Of a stretch of DNA of 64,000 nt, positions 62,649-64,000 are shown piece by piece. The translations under genes and the position numbers were made by a program. Every line of letters starts with the position of its first letter. Position 1 is the first letter of the stretch. The notes under the pieces were generated by a model. It saw only the letters and a program-made list of their open reading frames with translations, had not been told where the DNA came from and made no database searches. The stretch is from Alphaproteobacteria bacterium (GTDB taxonomy: Bacteria; Pseudomonadota; Alphaproteobacteria; UBA828). Location of the stretch: assembly GCA_965221125.1 (NCBI GenBank), contig CBDCRW010000007.1:576001-640000 (forward strand). The letters run 5' to 3'.

Positions 62649-63962
62649 ATGGCTGACCCACTGGCGTTCAAGCGCGACACGCTGAGCCTGCACGCGGGCC
62701 AGAAGCCGGACCCGACCACCGGCGCGCGCGCCGTGCCGATCTACCAGACGACCTCCTACGTCTTCGACGACACCGAGCAGGCCGCCTCGCTCTTCAATCT
62801 CGAACGCGCCGGCCACATCTACACGCGCATCTCGAACCCGACGGTCGCGGTGCTGGAGGAACGCATCGCGGCGCTGGAAGGGGGCGTCGGCGCGGTCTGT
62901 ACGGCGAGCGGGCAGGCGGCGCTCCACCTCGCGGTGGCGACGCTGATGGACGCGGGCGCGCACATCGTCTCGTCGGCCTCGATCTACGGCGGCAGCCACA
63001 ACCTCTTCACCCACACCCTGCCGCGCTTCGGGATCGAGACGACCTTCGTCGATCCCCGCGATACCGACGGCTTCCGCAAGGCGATCCAACCGGAAACCCG
63101 CCTCGTCTTCGGCGAGACCCTGGGCAATCCCGGCCTCGAAATCATGGACATGCCGGCGGTTGCCGCCGTCGCCCACGAGGCCGGCATTCCGCTGATGATC
63201 GACAGCACCTTCGCAACGCCCTGCCTCTGCCGCCCGATTGAGCACGGCTGCGATATCGTCATGCACTCGGCGACGAAGTTCCTGGGCGGACACGGGGTCG
63301 CCATCGGCGGCGTGATCGTCGATGCCGGCGCCTTCGACTGGGAGGCCTCGGGCAAGTTCCCGACGCTCACCGAGCCCTATCTCGGTTATCACGGCATCGA
63401 CTTCGCCGAGGAGTTCGGGCCCGCCGCCTTCATCGCGCGCGCACGCGCCGAGGGCCTGCGCGACTTCGGCGCCTGCATGAGCCCGACCAATGCCTTCCAC
63501 ATCCTGCAAGGCGTCGAGAGCCTGCCGGTCCGCATGGCGCGCCATGTCGAGAACGCGCGGAGGATCGTCGCCTTTCTCGACGGCCACGACGCCGTCTCCT
63601 GGGTGAGCTACCCGGAGCTTCCCTCGCACCCCGACCACGAGCGCGCAAAAACCCTGCTGCCCGATGGCTCGGGCGCCATCTTCTGCTTCGGCGTGAAGGG
63701 CGGCCGCGAGGCGGGGCGCGCCTTCATCGAGGCGGTGGAGCTGCTCTCGCATCTTGCCAACGTGGGCGACGCCAAGAGCCTCGTGATCCACCCCGCCAGC
63801 ACCACCCATCAGCAGATGGACGCAGAAGCGCTCGAAGCCGCCGGTGTCGGCGAGGACATGGTGCGGCTCTCCATCGGGCTGGAAGACCCGGAGGATCTGA
63901 TCGCCGATCTCGAACGCGGCCTGCGCGCGGCCGCGCGGGCTGCGGCGGGCCGCCGGTCATGA
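62649..63962 (+). CDS. metY: O-acetylhomoserine aminocarboxypropyltransferase (sulfhydrylase)
   Basis: PIYQTTSYVF, IYTRISNPT, HSATKFLGGHG, LANVGDAKSLVIHPASTTH. Confidence 0.92.
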   Translation: MADPLAFKRDTLSLHAGQKPDPTTGARAVPIYQTTSYVFDDTEQAASLFNLERAGHIYTRISNPTVAVLEERIAALEGGVGAVCTASGQAALHLAVATLMDAGAHIVSSASIYGGSHNLFTHTLPRFGIETTFVDPRDTDGFRKAIQPETRLVFGETLGNPGLEIMDMPAVAAVAHEAGIPLMIDSTFATPCLCRPIEHGCDIVMHSATKFLGGHGVAIGGVIVDAGAFDWEASGKFPTLTEPYLGYHGIDFAEEFGPAAFIARARAEGLRDFGACMSPTNAFHILQGVESLPVRMARHVENARRIVAFLDGHDAVSWVSYPELPSHPDHERAKTLLPDGSGAIFCFGVKGGREAGRAFIEAVELLSHLANVGDAKSLVIHPASTTHQQMDAEALEAAGVGEDMVRLSIGLEDPEDLIADLERGLRAAARAAAGRRS

Positions 63963-64000
63963 AGATCGCGGTAAACGGCGCCGGCGCCTTCGCCGCCACC
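63959..64000 (+). CDS. start of a Rossmann-fold oxidoreductase (Gfo/Idh/MocA-like), truncated by the window
   Basis: MKIAVNGAGAFAAT; ATGA overlap with the metY stop. Confidence 0.5.
   Translation, partial: MKIAVNGAGAFAAT

Overview
A 64-kb, very GC-rich chromosomal window. Synteny and marker genes point to an alphaproteobacterium: argS-SPOR-nagZ-S2P-scpAB, one-Cys dksA, fixLJK, mmcB and dnaE-rpsB-tsf-pyrH-frr-uppS. Housekeeping blocks alternate with metabolic accessory genes: a two-subunit NAD-linked formate dehydrogenase, a probable vitamin-B6 ABC importer with 4-pyridoxolactonase, a stand-alone cysC, an orphan hydantoinase A, a secreted sphingomyelinase-like enzyme, several SDRs and a frameshifted class-III aminotransferase. 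Two mobile elements can be delimited to the base. The first is a 4621-bp transposon (12736-17356; TGTTGTTT...AAACAACA ends, 5-bp ACAGG duplication) encoding a Cys/His protein, a Mu/TnsB-like DDE transposase, an ExeA/TnsC-like ATPase and a RepA-like (AAA_25) helicase-type ATPase; its ends carry a DnaA-box-like palindrome and GNA-triloop hairpins. The second is an 1127-bp IS481-like element next to tRNA-Gln(TTG). The main observation is that the transposon sits inside a 146-bp five-hairpin repeat. An intact second copy of that repeat lies upstream of dnaE (39043-39188), and the two copies differ only in loops, one linker and compensatory base pairs. All calls come from reading the sequence; no database searches were run.
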